In this document: positions 50,376 through 59,443 of the stretch, piece after piece | Layout of the letters: each line of letters starts with the position of its first letter | How positions within the stretch are numbered: position 1 is the stretch's first letter | Assembly: GCA_963764715.1 (NCBI GenBank) | Contig: CAVXTP010000022.1 | Coordinates: 1 to 64,000 of the forward strand | DNA from: an uncultured Acidobacteriota bacterium | GTDB taxonomy: Bacteria > Acidobacteriota > Thermoanaerobaculia > UBA5066 > Gp7-AA6 | Reading direction: 5' to 3' | DNA length: 64,000 nucleotides | Translations under genes and position numbers: made by a program | The notes under the pieces: model-generated | Databases searched by the model: none | The model's input: only the letters and a program-made list of their open reading frames with translations | What the model was told of the DNA's origin: nothing

Positions 50376-51143
50376 TTATGTCCGCCGTTTTTCGGGTCGC
50401 CCTGGCGAGGGCTCCCGACGCGTAGCGAGCCTGCCGATCCTGTCGATCTCGCGGATGGCGGCGGAGATGTCGGTCTGGGGCGTGCCCTTCTTGTACTCCA
50501 TGAACCAGAGCGCGGTTGCTTCGCGCGGCGATAAGCCCGCGCGGTACCGACCCGAGCGCAACCGAGACAGTGCTCGGGCAAGCCCGGGGACAAAGGCGGC
50601 CGGAACTTCGGGAACGCGCGAACCTGGCTGCTCGAGCGCTTTGGCAATCTCGCTGGGGCGGTTCAGTGTACGTGGGACCAACCGTCGCGCTTTCGCGAGC
50701 CAGTTCACCATCTCGCGGTAGAGCTTCCAGTCCTGAATGTCGCCGAGGTTTTGATACAGAGGCCTTTCGGGTCTTCCGGCACCCTTCTGCCGCATGGCGA
50801 TCAGGTCGCCGATATCGTCGATGATCTCGTCGCCTTCGTTGCGGACACCGATGTATCGAGTCATTCGCCAGAACCTTAACGACCAGATCAGCTTCGTGCA
50901 GTTGAGGGGGTCCGGCGTGTTCGTCACGTTCAGCATCGGAATCGCCGCCTGCAGCAACGCCAGGATCTCGGCGGGCGACATGATCGACTTTTTCACGGCG
51001 TCGGGTTGCTGTTCTCGCACCCACACCTCCGCATCGACCGCGTATCGCAGAGTTGCGACGGGATCAGGGCCCATCGTCTTCAACCGCTCGGCAAGAGCCA
51101 GGATCCTTTCGCGCTCCTCTACCGTAAGAGACGTTTCCGTCAT
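50376..51143 (-). CDS. Hypothetical protein
   Basis: 255-aa ORF with GGAGG/GAGG upstream, co-oriented with the replication module. Confidence 0.6.
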   Translation of the reverse strand: MTETSLTVEERERILALAERLKTMGPDPVATLRYAVDAEVWVREQQPDAVKKSIMSPAEILALLQAAIPMLNVTNTPDPLNCTKLIWSLRFWRMTRYIGVRNEGDEIIDDIGDLIAMRQKGAGRPERPLYQNLGDIQDWKLYREMVNWLAKARRLVPRTLNRPSEIAKALEQPGSRVPEVPAAFVPGLARALSRLRSGRYRAGLSPREATALWFMEYKKGTPQTDISAAIREIDRIGRLATRREPSPGRPEKRRT

Positions 51144-51273
51144 GCCTCGCGCCTCCGCCCCGCAACGAGTCAGGGCGGAAGCGTGCGAGGCGATCGCTTG
51201 TCGGCGAAGTGATCAGCTGCGCCTATCCGCCGATGCGATTATCCCTCTGGGATCCGAGAGTGGGGGTGGCAGC

Positions 51274-51402
51274 GACCGGACAGCACTGCAGCGGACTCGC
51301 GGCCTCGCGACTATAAGGCTGGTCGGGGTGCCGCAACCCGCCCGGCGGTTCAGACCCCTGTCCGGCGTCGGCTCGCCGCTGAACGGCTGCCCGTCAGGCG
51401 GC
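51274..51402 (+). repeat. attC-like site 5 (degenerate)
   Basis: CTGCAGCGGAC ... GGCTCGCCGCTGAACGGCTGCCC-GTCAGGCGGC. Confidence 0.6.
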
Positions 51403-51659
51403 CAAAGGTCATGACGTTCTCACGTCTCGAAGAAGACCTGGCAGGTGACTTTGCGAAGCTGGATCTCGGCCTCTGGGAGGTTTTCCAGTTTGGCGGCTGC
51501 ACTCACCGGGCCGGTGTTGGCGCTATCTAGTTGTCTCCAATTCGGCCGCGATAAGCACCTTATGGGCGAGCGAGTTGCGGTCCGAGCATGCAAACGCTCT
51601 AGCGTGGGCGAGCGTCCCATCGCTTAGAATAGGTGCCGTACACAACGTCGGAGGCCAGA

Positions 51660-52823
51660 ATGAGGCGGCTGCTGATCATCCCGGTTGCCCTCGTGGCAGT
51701 CTTGGCGGGAGGTGCCGTCCGCCAAGTCCAGGACGTGTGCGGACCGTTCGCTGACGTCTCACCCGCCCTTTGCCCATACGTCCTCGAGATGTACTACCTC
51801 GGCATCACCGCGGGCACTTCGCCGACGACTTACTCGCCCGACAACCCGGTGACGCGCGGACAAGCGGCCGTGTTCGTATCGAAGGGCGTCAATCAGGCGA
51901 TCGCTCGCTCCTCGCGGCGCGCGGCACTCGGGCAGTGGTGGACGACAATGCCGCAGTGGAACCTCGGGCTCGGCGTCACGGATACCGGCAACCTGCCCTA
52001 TCTCGTGGCCTCCGACGGGGCTGACGTCTGGGTGGCCAGTTCTGGCGCGGTCGCGCGCGTGAGAGCGAGCGACGGGCGGCTTCTTGAGTCTTGGACCGGC
52101 GCAACAAATGCCATCGGCGTTGCGGTCGCCATGGGCCGGGTCCTCGTCACCGGCGACTCGAACCCGGCGATCCGAAGCGGGGCGGATACGGGTGTTCTCT
52201 ACCTGATCGACCCGTCTCAGCCCGCCGGCCCGGTCACCGTTGCCGCGAGCGGACTCGGAACCGGAACGCATGGCGTTGCGTTCGACGGATCCCGGGTGTG
52301 GACCACGAACCACGGGAGCGTTTCGATCGTCACGCCGCTTCCTTTTCTCCCCTGGTCTTCGACGAGCGTCACCGAAGGGTTCACGCAGCCTCTCGGAATC
52401 GTGTGGGACGGTTCGCACATGTGGGTCGGCGACCTTATCTCGGGAGACGTCCTTCGCCTCGATTCCAACGGAGCGATCCTCCAGCGGGTGCACACGGGCA
52501 CTCCGGGATTCATGACTTTCGACGGCGCGAATATCTGGGTTCCCGCGGTGACGTCCGTCTCGGTTATCCGTGTTACGGACGGCGCGATCGTCGGCACGCT
52601 CACCGGTAACGGACTCGACAACGCATACGCCGCCGCCTTCGACGGGGAGCGCGTCCTCGTGACGAACCCCCAAGCGGGCACTCTCTCGCTTTTCCGCGCC
52701 GCGGACCTGGCGCCACTCGGTTCGGTGTCGGCAGGAGCGGGCACGGACCCGACAGGGATCTGCAGCGACGGACTGAACTTCTGGATTACGTTGCGGTCGA
52801 CCGGCAAGTTGGCCCGGTTCTGA
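51660..52823 (+). CDS. SLH domain + YncE-like beta-propeller protein (paralog A)
   Basis: GGAGG SD; signal peptide; FADV...GITAGTSPTTYSPDNPVTRGQAAVF; repeated FDG..WV blades. Confidence 0.85.
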   Translation: MRRLLIIPVALVAVLAGGAVRQVQDVCGPFADVSPALCPYVLEMYYLGITAGTSPTTYSPDNPVTRGQAAVFVSKGVNQAIARSSRRAALGQWWTTMPQWNLGLGVTDTGNLPYLVASDGADVWVASSGAVARVRASDGRLLESWTGATNAIGVAVAMGRVLVTGDSNPAIRSGADTGVLYLIDPSQPAGPVTVAASGLGTGTHGVAFDGSRVWTTNHGSVSIVTPLPFLPWSSTSVTEGFTQPLGIVWDGSHMWVGDLISGDVLRLDSNGAILQRVHTGTPGFMTFDGANIWVPAVTSVSVIRVTDGAIVGTLTGNGLDNAYAAAFDGERVLVTNPQAGTLSLFRAADLAPLGSVSAGAGTDPTGICSDGLNFWITLRSTGKLARF

Positions 52824-52829
52824 GTGGAC

Positions 52830-53978
52830 ATGCGTCGACTTCGATTCGCCGCGATTGCTCTGGCCACGGCCCTCGCCGGAGCCGCCACTGGAGTCGTTCA
52901 GGACCAATGCGGTCCCTTCACGGACGTCTCGGCGTCGCTCTGTCCGTTCGTCCTCGAGATGTACGTTCTCGGGATCACCGCCGGGACCTCGCCGACGACG
53001 TACTCCCCGAGCGCGCCTCTGACGCGCGGCCAGGCGGCGGTCTTCGTCTCGAGGGCCGTGAACCAGTCGATCGCGCGGTCGTCCGATCGCGCCGCCCGAG
53101 GACAGTGGTGGAATCCGACTCCGCTCACGCTGCTCGCCAGAACCAACGTGGGATCAAACCCTTTCGGCGTTGCATCCGACGGTTCGGACGTCTGGGTCAC
53201 GAACCACTTCGGAGCAGGCATCGCCGATGTCTCCCGCGTACGTGCGAGCGACGGCCGACTGCTCGAGACCTGGAGCGGAGCGCACGGCGCGTATGCGATC
53301 GCGATCGGCTTGGGACGCGTCGTCGCAACGAGTCAGCGCGGGTTCGGAAACCCTCACCAGCTCTATGCCATTGACCCTGCGGACCCGTCCCTCCAGGCGA
53401 AGGTCGTCGTGCCGAGTTTCCCAAACGACGGGATCGACATCCTCTTCGACGGCGGCCGATTTTGGGTGCGGTCGACCATCTCGGAGCTCCACATAGTCAC
53501 ACCGACCGGCCGTTCGACCTGGGACTACACGACGGTCACGGGATTCGATTCCCTGAGCGGAATGTTCTTCGACGGCCGAAACGTCTGGGTTGTCGAGGTC
53601 GGGGGCGTCAACGGCTGGCTCCTCAGGCTTGGTCCCGCGGGCGAGATCCTGCAGCGCTTCTCGATCGGCAAGAACACCGGTTACCCGGCCTTCGACGGCG
53701 AGAACATCTGGATCCCGAATACTCAGGACCACACGATCTCGGTCGTCCGCGCCTCGACCGGCAAGGAGATCGCGCTTCTCGAAACGGACCTGAACCCCTA
53801 CATGGCAGCGTTCGACGGCGAGCGCATGGCGATTCTCCAGGGTCTCAATGTCACCGTGTGGCGGGCCGCCGATCTGAAGAGAATCGGAAGCGCTCCGGCC
53901 CGCGGCGTCCAGATCTGCAGCGGCGGCGGGCGGTTCTGGGTCTCCGACAATACGTTCGATCAGGTCGTCGGTTTCTGA
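52830..53978 (+). CDS. SLH domain + YncE-like beta-propeller protein (paralog B)
   Basis: Near-identical SLH segment and RVRASDGRLLE motif to paralog A; FDG..W repeats. Confidence 0.85.
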   Translation: MRRLRFAAIALATALAGAATGVVQDQCGPFTDVSASLCPFVLEMYVLGITAGTSPTTYSPSAPLTRGQAAVFVSRAVNQSIARSSDRAARGQWWNPTPLTLLARTNVGSNPFGVASDGSDVWVTNHFGAGIADVSRVRASDGRLLETWSGAHGAYAIAIGLGRVVATSQRGFGNPHQLYAIDPADPSLQAKVVVPSFPNDGIDILFDGGRFWVRSTISELHIVTPTGRSTWDYTTVTGFDSLSGMFFDGRNVWVVEVGGVNGWLLRLGPAGEILQRFSIGKNTGYPAFDGENIWIPNTQDHTISVVRASTGKEIALLETDLNPYMAAFDGERMAILQGLNVTVWRAADLKRIGSAPARGVQICSGGGRFWVSDNTFDQVVGF

Positions 53979-54071
53979 TAACTAGTATTCGCGCTCCTCC
54001 GGTTGACCGGCGGCCTGTTACAGATGCAATGAGTACAGAGTTGCGTCAGAACCTCGGTGACAATTTGACGG

Positions 54072-54100
54072 CGCCGCCGTCTCGCCACCCATTAGGCGGC
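54072..54100 (+). repeat. attC-like site 6 (internally deleted remnant)
   Basis: GCCGCC...CGCCACCC-ATTAGGCGGC. Confidence 0.55.
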
Positions 54101-54123
54101 GTCAAGTGACCGTTAGTGGCAGC

Positions 54124-54249
54124 ATGCTACGCCTCGTCCTTTCGGTCTGTCTCTTCGGCGCGGGACTGCTCTGGCTTGTGACGATCGGTGTCTTGCCAAA
54201 CGAACTCCGAGCCTTCTCTACCGAAGTCACCGAACGGCTTGAACGCTAA
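54124..54249 (+). pseudogene. Short signal-peptide-like ORF, possible truncated cassette gene
   Basis: MLRLVLSVCLFGAGLLWLVTIG..., 41 aa, starting 24 bp after attC-like site 6. Confidence 0.3.
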
Positions 54250-55207
54250 TGTCCAATGCCGCCGGGGGGCCACAAGTGCCGAGGCGATATGCCTGCAGAC
54301 GCTGTAGCTCGTGGAGAGTCCGGAGCAAGGAGCGCTCGAGGGTAGTTTCATAGCGGACGACCTTGTCCAGTACATCCTGTGGGGGGAGGGTGTTCTCGAG
54401 TTTCGCCTGCTCCTTAGCTCGCTTCGCCGCCTGGACGGCGACCCGGGCGCGCGCGCAATCCTCGGACGCCCGTTCGCTCATTCGAATCGAGAGACTCTCT
54501 GGGGAGATGCCGACCTTGGCAGAGTAGGCCGCGCAGGCCCTCCTGAGAAGTCCTGGGGTCCACCGTTCGAACGCGTCGAATTCGTCATCTTCGTCCGGGA
54601 TGCCGGGCACCGATACCTCGACGTCCCGGGTGACGAACGCGGCCTTGTACGCCAGCCAGAGGAAGACCACGGCGGCGTTTTTCTCCATGGCCTCATCGTC
54701 TCCGAGCTGTTCAAAGTGATCGACCAGATCGAGCACCGCCTCGGCGTGCTCCAGAGAGGCTGTTGCCTCCTCCAAGTCTGTCGACGAGAATCCGGGTCGT
54801 CCCGCCGGTAGCAACCCGAGCTTTGCCAGAGACTGGTTGCTCTCGATGGCGCTGGTCTCGTACCTGACGACACGACCCAGGCGCCACAGCTGGATGGCAA
54901 TCCTTTCCGTGAGGGCAGCCTCCAGTTCATTAACCGGGGAAGTGCTACTGAATATCGACGCCCGATGGTCTTCCCAAAGCTGGGCGTCCTCCATGCCAGT
55001 GACTACAGGCCGAACGCTCAGAATCCCATGCCGCAGTGCGTTGGCAGACGAGCGCCGTTTCCCCGGTTCAGTTTTGGGGCCACCGCGGCTGGGCCGGTCG
55101 GTGGACTTCCCCTGTCCCTCGGTTGTCCCACTTCCCTCGTTGTCTGGTGTGATCTCTGGGGTCGATCCACCGGCAGAATCCGTGATTTCTTGGTCCTTGT
55201 TACTCAT
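54227..55207 (-). CDS. Conserved hypothetical protein with GPKT..GK..SS.NAL.HG motif
   Basis: GGPKTEPGKRRSSANALRHGI, WRLGRVVRYE and RYETTLERSL..TLHEL segments. Confidence 0.7.
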   Translation of the reverse strand: MSNKDQEITDSAGGSTPEITPDNEGSGTTEGQGKSTDRPSRGGPKTEPGKRRSSANALRHGILSVRPVVTGMEDAQLWEDHRASIFSSTSPVNELEAALTERIAIQLWRLGRVVRYETSAIESNQSLAKLGLLPAGRPGFSSTDLEEATASLEHAEAVLDLVDHFEQLGDDEAMEKNAAVVFLWLAYKAAFVTRDVEVSVPGIPDEDDEFDAFERWTPGLLRRACAAYSAKVGISPESLSIRMSERASEDCARARVAVQAAKRAKEQAKLENTLPPQDVLDKVVRYETTLERSLLRTLHELQRLQAYRLGTCGPPAALDISVQAVR

Positions 55208-55234
55208 TGGATGTCCCTGAACCCCTTCAGAAAA

Positions 55235-55291
<57 letters not shown>

Positions 55292-55320
55292 ACTGGATAC
55301 ACTTCTGCCGGACGCCGCGC

Positions 55321-56415
55321 GTGAGCCCTGTCAAAGCCCCCAGTCTCCTGCAGCTTCGCCGCTACGCGATCGCGCGCAGCCTCTTCAGGGCCACCAGCCT
55401 GCCGCGGGCCATTGCGCGCCTGGGCTTCGTCCAGGCCGACCCGATGCGGGCGCCCGCTCGGGCCCAGGATCTGATCCTCGCGCAGCGCGTCGAGGGCTAT
55501 CGCGCCGGCGATCTGGAGCGCCGCTACCCGCGCCTGGCGATCGAAGAGGCCTTCTTCGTCAACTACGGTTTCCTGCCTCGCGAGACCGTGGACCTGCTTC
55601 ATCCGCGCGGGGCGCCGAGGTCGTGGGACGCCAGGATGCATGCGCACGCGGAGGAGGTGCTGGCGTTCGTGCGCCGGCATGGTCCCACCCGACCCAAAGA
55701 CGTGCAGGCGCATTTCGACCATGGCCGGATCAAGCGCTGGGGCGGCGATCTGAATGTCAGCGCTCATCTGCTGGAGGGCCTGCACCATCGCGGGCTGCTG
55801 CGCGTCGAGCGGCGCGAGGCCGGCACCCGGGTCTACCAGGCGATCGAGCACCCGCCGCAGGACGACAGCCCCGAGGCCAGGCAAGCGCGCGCCGGCTTGT
55901 TGCTGGACATCGTGGTGCGGCTCTACGCGCCGCTGCCTGCGGCCACCCTGGGCTATCTATGCGGGCTGTTGCGCCATGGAGTGCCGCACCTGGCCGCGGA
56001 GACGCGGCAGGTCCAGGAGCACGCCAGTTCCCGCTATGCCCGTGCCCGGGTCGACGGCCTGCTGTGGTTCTGGCCGCGCGGAGAGAAGGGCGTGGCCGCT
56101 CGGCACACGGTTGACGACAGGCTGCGCTTCCTCGCGCCCTTCGACCCCGTGGTCTGGGACCGACGGCGCTTCCAGCTGTTCTGGGGCTGGGAATACAAGC
56201 TCGAGGCCTATGTGCCGGCCCACAAGCGCCGCATGGGCCATTACGCGATGCCCATGCTGTGGGGCGAGCGAGTGGTGGGCTGGGCCAATCTGAAGGTGGT
56301 CGATGGCCGGCTGCGGCACGAGCTGGGCTTCGCCGGCCCGCGGCCACGCGGCAGCGCCTTTCAGCGGGCGCTCGACGAGGCGTTGCAGCGGATGCAGGAG
56401 TTTCTGGAGCTCTAA
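55321..56415 (+). CDS. AlkZ/YcaQ-like crosslink-repair DNA glycosylase (winged-helix)
   Basis: LGFVQADP (QxD), FLAPFDPVVWDR and EAYVP..KR.MG.YAMP motifs. Confidence 0.85.
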   Translation: MSPVKAPSLLQLRRYAIARSLFRATSLPRAIARLGFVQADPMRAPARAQDLILAQRVEGYRAGDLERRYPRLAIEEAFFVNYGFLPRETVDLLHPRGAPRSWDARMHAHAEEVLAFVRRHGPTRPKDVQAHFDHGRIKRWGGDLNVSAHLLEGLHHRGLLRVERREAGTRVYQAIEHPPQDDSPEARQARAGLLLDIVVRLYAPLPAATLGYLCGLLRHGVPHLAAETRQVQEHASSRYARARVDGLLWFWPRGEKGVAARHTVDDRLRFLAPFDPVVWDRRRFQLFWGWEYKLEAYVPAHKRRMGHYAMPMLWGERVVGWANLKVVDGRLRHELGFAGPRPRGSAFQRALDEALQRMQEFLEL

Positions 56416-56428
56416 TGCGCGCCGTTCT

Positions 56429-56455
56429 GAGTGGTCGGAGGTTCAAACCCTCTCG
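56429..56455 (+). repeat. Degenerate third copy of the tRNA-Pro 3' att sequence
   Basis: GAGTGGTCGGAGGTTCAAACCCTCTCG, 26 of 27 identical to the tRNA T-arm region. Confidence 0.8.
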
Positions 56456-56564
56456 AAAGTTCGATGTCCCTGCTGCCGATACCGAGGGGCCTCGTTCCTC
56501 AACGTTCACAGTCGCGCTCGGACGGCCTGGACAGGCTCATCCGGATTCGAGCAGCCGACGGTCG

Positions 56565-57818
56565 TCAGCCGCCCGGTGGCCGGCCGACCCGGGCCGCCGC
56601 TCCGATCCCGGCCGCCCGACCGGTCGACCACGCCCACTGGAAATTGAAGCCCCCGATCGGGCCAAACGCGTCGAGGATCTCCCCGCAGAGGAAGAGCCCG
56701 GGATACTTCCGGCTCTCCATCGTCGTCGGGTCGATCTCGTCGAGCGCGACGCCGCCCCCAGTGACCTCGGCCTTCGCGTAGCCTTCGTGGCCCGACCAGG
56801 GCAGCTCGCCGCGCGTCAGCGTGTCGATCAGGCGGAAGCGTTCCTCGCGGCGCAGTTGCGCGAGCGGCCGGCCCGGGTCGACGCGCGCCTGAAGGCACAG
56901 GGCGCCCGCGAGCCGGTCGGGCAGGCCGGGGCGGAGGGCGCCGGCGACCGTTCGCGGGCCGGCGGGCTTGAGCGCCGCCTCCCAGGCCTTCTCGTCGAAG
57001 CGTGTCCAGCGGACGGCGAGCTTCGCCGGAGCGCCGCCCGCCATCTGGGACCGGACGGCGACATGGGAGACGTCGAGGACCGCGGGCCCGCTATAGCCGC
57101 GGTGGGTGAAGAGAAAGCCGCCTGCCGAGGAGGCCGTCTCTCCGTCCGCGCGCGCGGCGATCGTCACCGGGAGCGAGACGCCGGCGAGGGCCGAGAACGG
57201 GCCGGGCGGTGCGAGCAGGGGTGTCAGCGCGGGATACGTCGGATGGACCGTGTGGCCCAGGCGCTCGAGGATGGAGAGGCCGATCCCGTCGCTTCCCGAC
57301 TTGGGAACCGAGAGGCCTCCGGTCGCGACGACGACCGAATCCGCCTCGAGGGCGGTTCCGCCCTCGAGCGCGACGCGCCAGCGGCCGGCGGTCGGAACGA
57401 GGTCCTGAACGAGGGTGTCCGTCTGCAGCGCCACGCCGCGGCGGCGGGCGAGCGCGAGGAGAGCGTCCCGGACGTCCCGCGCCCGGTTGGACGCCGGGAA
57501 GAGCTTGGCGATTTCCGGTTCCTCGACGAGCGCTATCCCGAGGTCGCGCTCGAAGAAGGGGACCTGCTCGCGGAGCGGCCAGCTTCGGAGCATCCGCAGG
57601 AGCGCGCGGCGGGGAGAGGCCGTCACGAACCGGGCCTCGTCGGACCGTGCGGGAAGGACGTTGCAGCGCCCGCCTCCGCTGATGAGGATCTTGCGGCCGC
57701 CGTCGGGCGTGCGCTCGAGGAGAAGCGTCTCCGCGTCGGCGGCGGCGGCAAAGATCGCCGCCATCGTGCCGGCCGCGCCGGCGCCGATCACCGCAATCCG
57801 TCGTCTTCGCCGCGCCAT
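56565..57818 (-). CDS. HI0933/YhiN-family FAD-dependent oxidoreductase
   Basis: IGAGAAG, GRKILISGGGRCN, ATGG.S.P, TGGGV and GPIGGFNFQ.A.STG motifs. Confidence 0.92.
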   Translation of the reverse strand: MARRRRRIAVIGAGAAGTMAAIFAAAADAETLLLERTPDGGRKILISGGGRCNVLPARSDEARFVTASPRRALLRMLRSWPLREQVPFFERDLGIALVEEPEIAKLFPASNRARDVRDALLALARRRGVALQTDTLVQDLVPTAGRWRVALEGGTALEADSVVVATGGLSVPKSGSDGIGLSILERLGHTVHPTYPALTPLLAPPGPFSALAGVSLPVTIAARADGETASSAGGFLFTHRGYSGPAVLDVSHVAVRSQMAGGAPAKLAVRWTRFDEKAWEAALKPAGPRTVAGALRPGLPDRLAGALCLQARVDPGRPLAQLRREERFRLIDTLTRGELPWSGHEGYAKAEVTGGGVALDEIDPTTMESRKYPGLFLCGEILDAFGPIGGFNFQWAWSTGRAAGIGAAARVGRPPGG

Positions 57819-57858
57819 CCCGCCGCACGATATCCGGGCGGGCGTCCGGCCCGCAGGA

Positions 57859-58320
57859 CTAGTTGCGGCGCGAGAAGCTGACGGAGCCGCCCGGATAGAC
57901 GGGACGATCGCCCGTCACCAGAGGCTTCTTGAAATCCGAAATCGTCATCTGCAGTCCGGAAGCCGTGACGGTGCCCCCGACGGCGCCCCCCGTGCAGCCC
58001 ATCATGTTGACGCTTCCCGTGAGGTAGTTGCCGTCCACGGTTCCCCGGAACGTCCCCTCGATCCCGCAGCCCGTGGCCGTGAAGGAACCCGTGACGACGT
58101 TGCCATTCTGCGTGAACGACGCGGTGGCGGAGCTGCCGCTGCACATCGCCGGACTGTCGGATTGAAAGTCTCCTGTCCAGGTCCCCGCCACGTTCGCGCC
58201 GGTCGCCATCGGGCCCGGGGAGGTGACGGCGTTCGAATCGTTGCATCCCGCGGAAGCCATCAGCGCGACGACCGCGGTGCAGGCCGCCGCCGCCAGGAAT
58301 CGGAATCGCATCGCACGCAT
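57859..58320 (-). CDS. Putative lipoprotein
   Basis: SAGC lipobox; Gly/Thr-rich beta domain (VAGTWTG, TQNGNVVTGS). Confidence 0.75.
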   Translation of the reverse strand: MRAMRFRFLAAAACTAVVALMASAGCNDSNAVTSPGPMATGANVAGTWTGDFQSDSPAMCSGSSATASFTQNGNVVTGSFTATGCGIEGTFRGTVDGNYLTGSVNMMGCTGGAVGGTVTASGLQMTISDFKKPLVTGDRPVYPGGSVSFSRRN

Positions 58321-58421
58321 GCGGAGCTCCTTTCCGTGGCCCGAGCCACCGGACTCTTGGACGATCATTACCACCGTTCAGGTCCGCGGGATCGGAATTG
58401 AGTCAGGCTGAAGCCGGTCGC

Positions 58422-58450
58422 TTGACTTACGCCGCCTTTGCGCCTACCGT
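58422..58450 (+). promoter_or_regulatory. Sigma70-type promoter
   Basis: TTGACT-17bp-TACCGT. Confidence 0.55.
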
Positions 58451-58512
58451 ATTGCTCGAGGCCGATGGGCCGACCCGCTCAGGCCTGCGGGCGGCCGCGG
58501 TGGTTCCCTCGG

Positions 58513-58636
58513 CCTTATTTTATTAGGTGATTATGGCATTTATTCTAATTGTATTAGGACGTCATCGAGGTCTTATCGCATCGTCGTTTCCAGTATAAAT
58601 TTCGTGTCAATGCCTATTCTGCCGAATTAAGTTAGG
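58513..58636. promoter_or_regulatory. Three candidate LexA operator palindromes
   Basis: CCTTA-TTTTA-TTAGG (58513), TCTAA-TTGTA-TTAGG (58544), CCGAA-TTAAG-TTAGG (58622). Confidence 0.6.
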
Positions 58637-58642
58637 AAAATT

Positions 58643-59251
58643 ATGAACTTGACCAAGAGGCAGAAGGAAATTCTCGATTTTATCCGTACGTATCGGACCG
58701 AGAACGGCATCTCGCCGACCCAGCGCGAGATCCGCGAGACCTTCCGCCTCTCCTCCTTCGGGACGGTCCAGAAGCACCTGAAGCGCCTGGAGGAGAAGGG
58801 CGCCCTTTCCCGGGAGTGGAACCGGAGCCGCGGAATCGCGCCCAAGGACGACCCGTCGGTCGCGCGGGGCGTGCCGCTCCTCGGCCAGGTGGCGGCGGGC
58901 CGCCCGATCGAGCCCTTTCCGAACGAGGAGTCGATCGAGGTCCCCGCCGCGCTGCTCGGCAAGGGCGAGCACTTCGTCCTGCGCGTGCGGGGCGAGTCGA
59001 TGGTCGAGGACGGGATCCTCGACGGCGATTACGTCGTCGTCGCGCGGCGGTCGAAGGCCGACAGCGGCCAGACCGTGGTGGCGCTCGTGCGGGGAGAGGC
59101 GACCCTCAAGCGGTACTACTCCGAGGGCGCGAAGGTGCGGCTGCAGCCGGCCAATTCCGCGATGCGCCCCCTGACCTTCGACGCGCGCGACGTCACGATC
59201 CAGGGCGTCGTGACGGGGTTGATCCGGGACTACGCGCGGGCCGCCCGGTGA
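58643..59251 (+). CDS. lexA: SOS repressor LexA
   Basis: LTKRQKEIL..I HTH; VAAG cleavage site; GESM (Ser) and EATLKR (Lys) catalytic dyad. Confidence 0.93.
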   Translation: MNLTKRQKEILDFIRTYRTENGISPTQREIRETFRLSSFGTVQKHLKRLEEKGALSREWNRSRGIAPKDDPSVARGVPLLGQVAAGRPIEPFPNEESIEVPAALLGKGEHFVLRVRGESMVEDGILDGDYVVVARRSKADSGQTVVALVRGEATLKRYYSEGAKVRLQPANSAMRPLTFDARDVTIQGVVTGLIRDYARAAR

Positions 59252-59289
59252 GCCGGACCGGCGCCCTGCGGTAGAATCCGCCGTTCAAA

Positions 59290-59365
59290 GGCGACGTACC
59301 CAAGTGGTTAAGGGAGAGGTCTGCAAAACCTTTATTCGGCGGTTCGAATCCGCCCGTCGCCTCCA
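59290..59365 (+). tRNA. tRNA-Cys (GCA)
   Basis: GGCGACG...CGTCGCC TCCA; anticodon loop CTGCAAA; TAGAAT upstream. Confidence 0.96.
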
Positions 59366-59443
59366 TTCCCTCCCCGCCCCACGGCGCACGTCATGATCCT
59401 TTCGGGCATGCTTCCGTCGGCCTTACGCGCGGCCGCCGGCTTT

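Noticed and set aside
51660-53978. Diversity-generating retroelement acting on the SLH paralogs
   Set aside because: No reverse transcriptase and no adenine-specific template/variable repeat pair visible.
42309-54100. Repeats as a CRISPR array
   Set aside because: Spacing is kilobases with whole genes between copies; no regular spacers and no cas genes.
58513-58636. Link between putative LexA half-sites (CCTAA/TTAGG) and attC cores (CCTAAC/GTTAGG)
   Set aside because: Spacing is 5 bp versus more than 60 bp; resemblance is probably coincidental.
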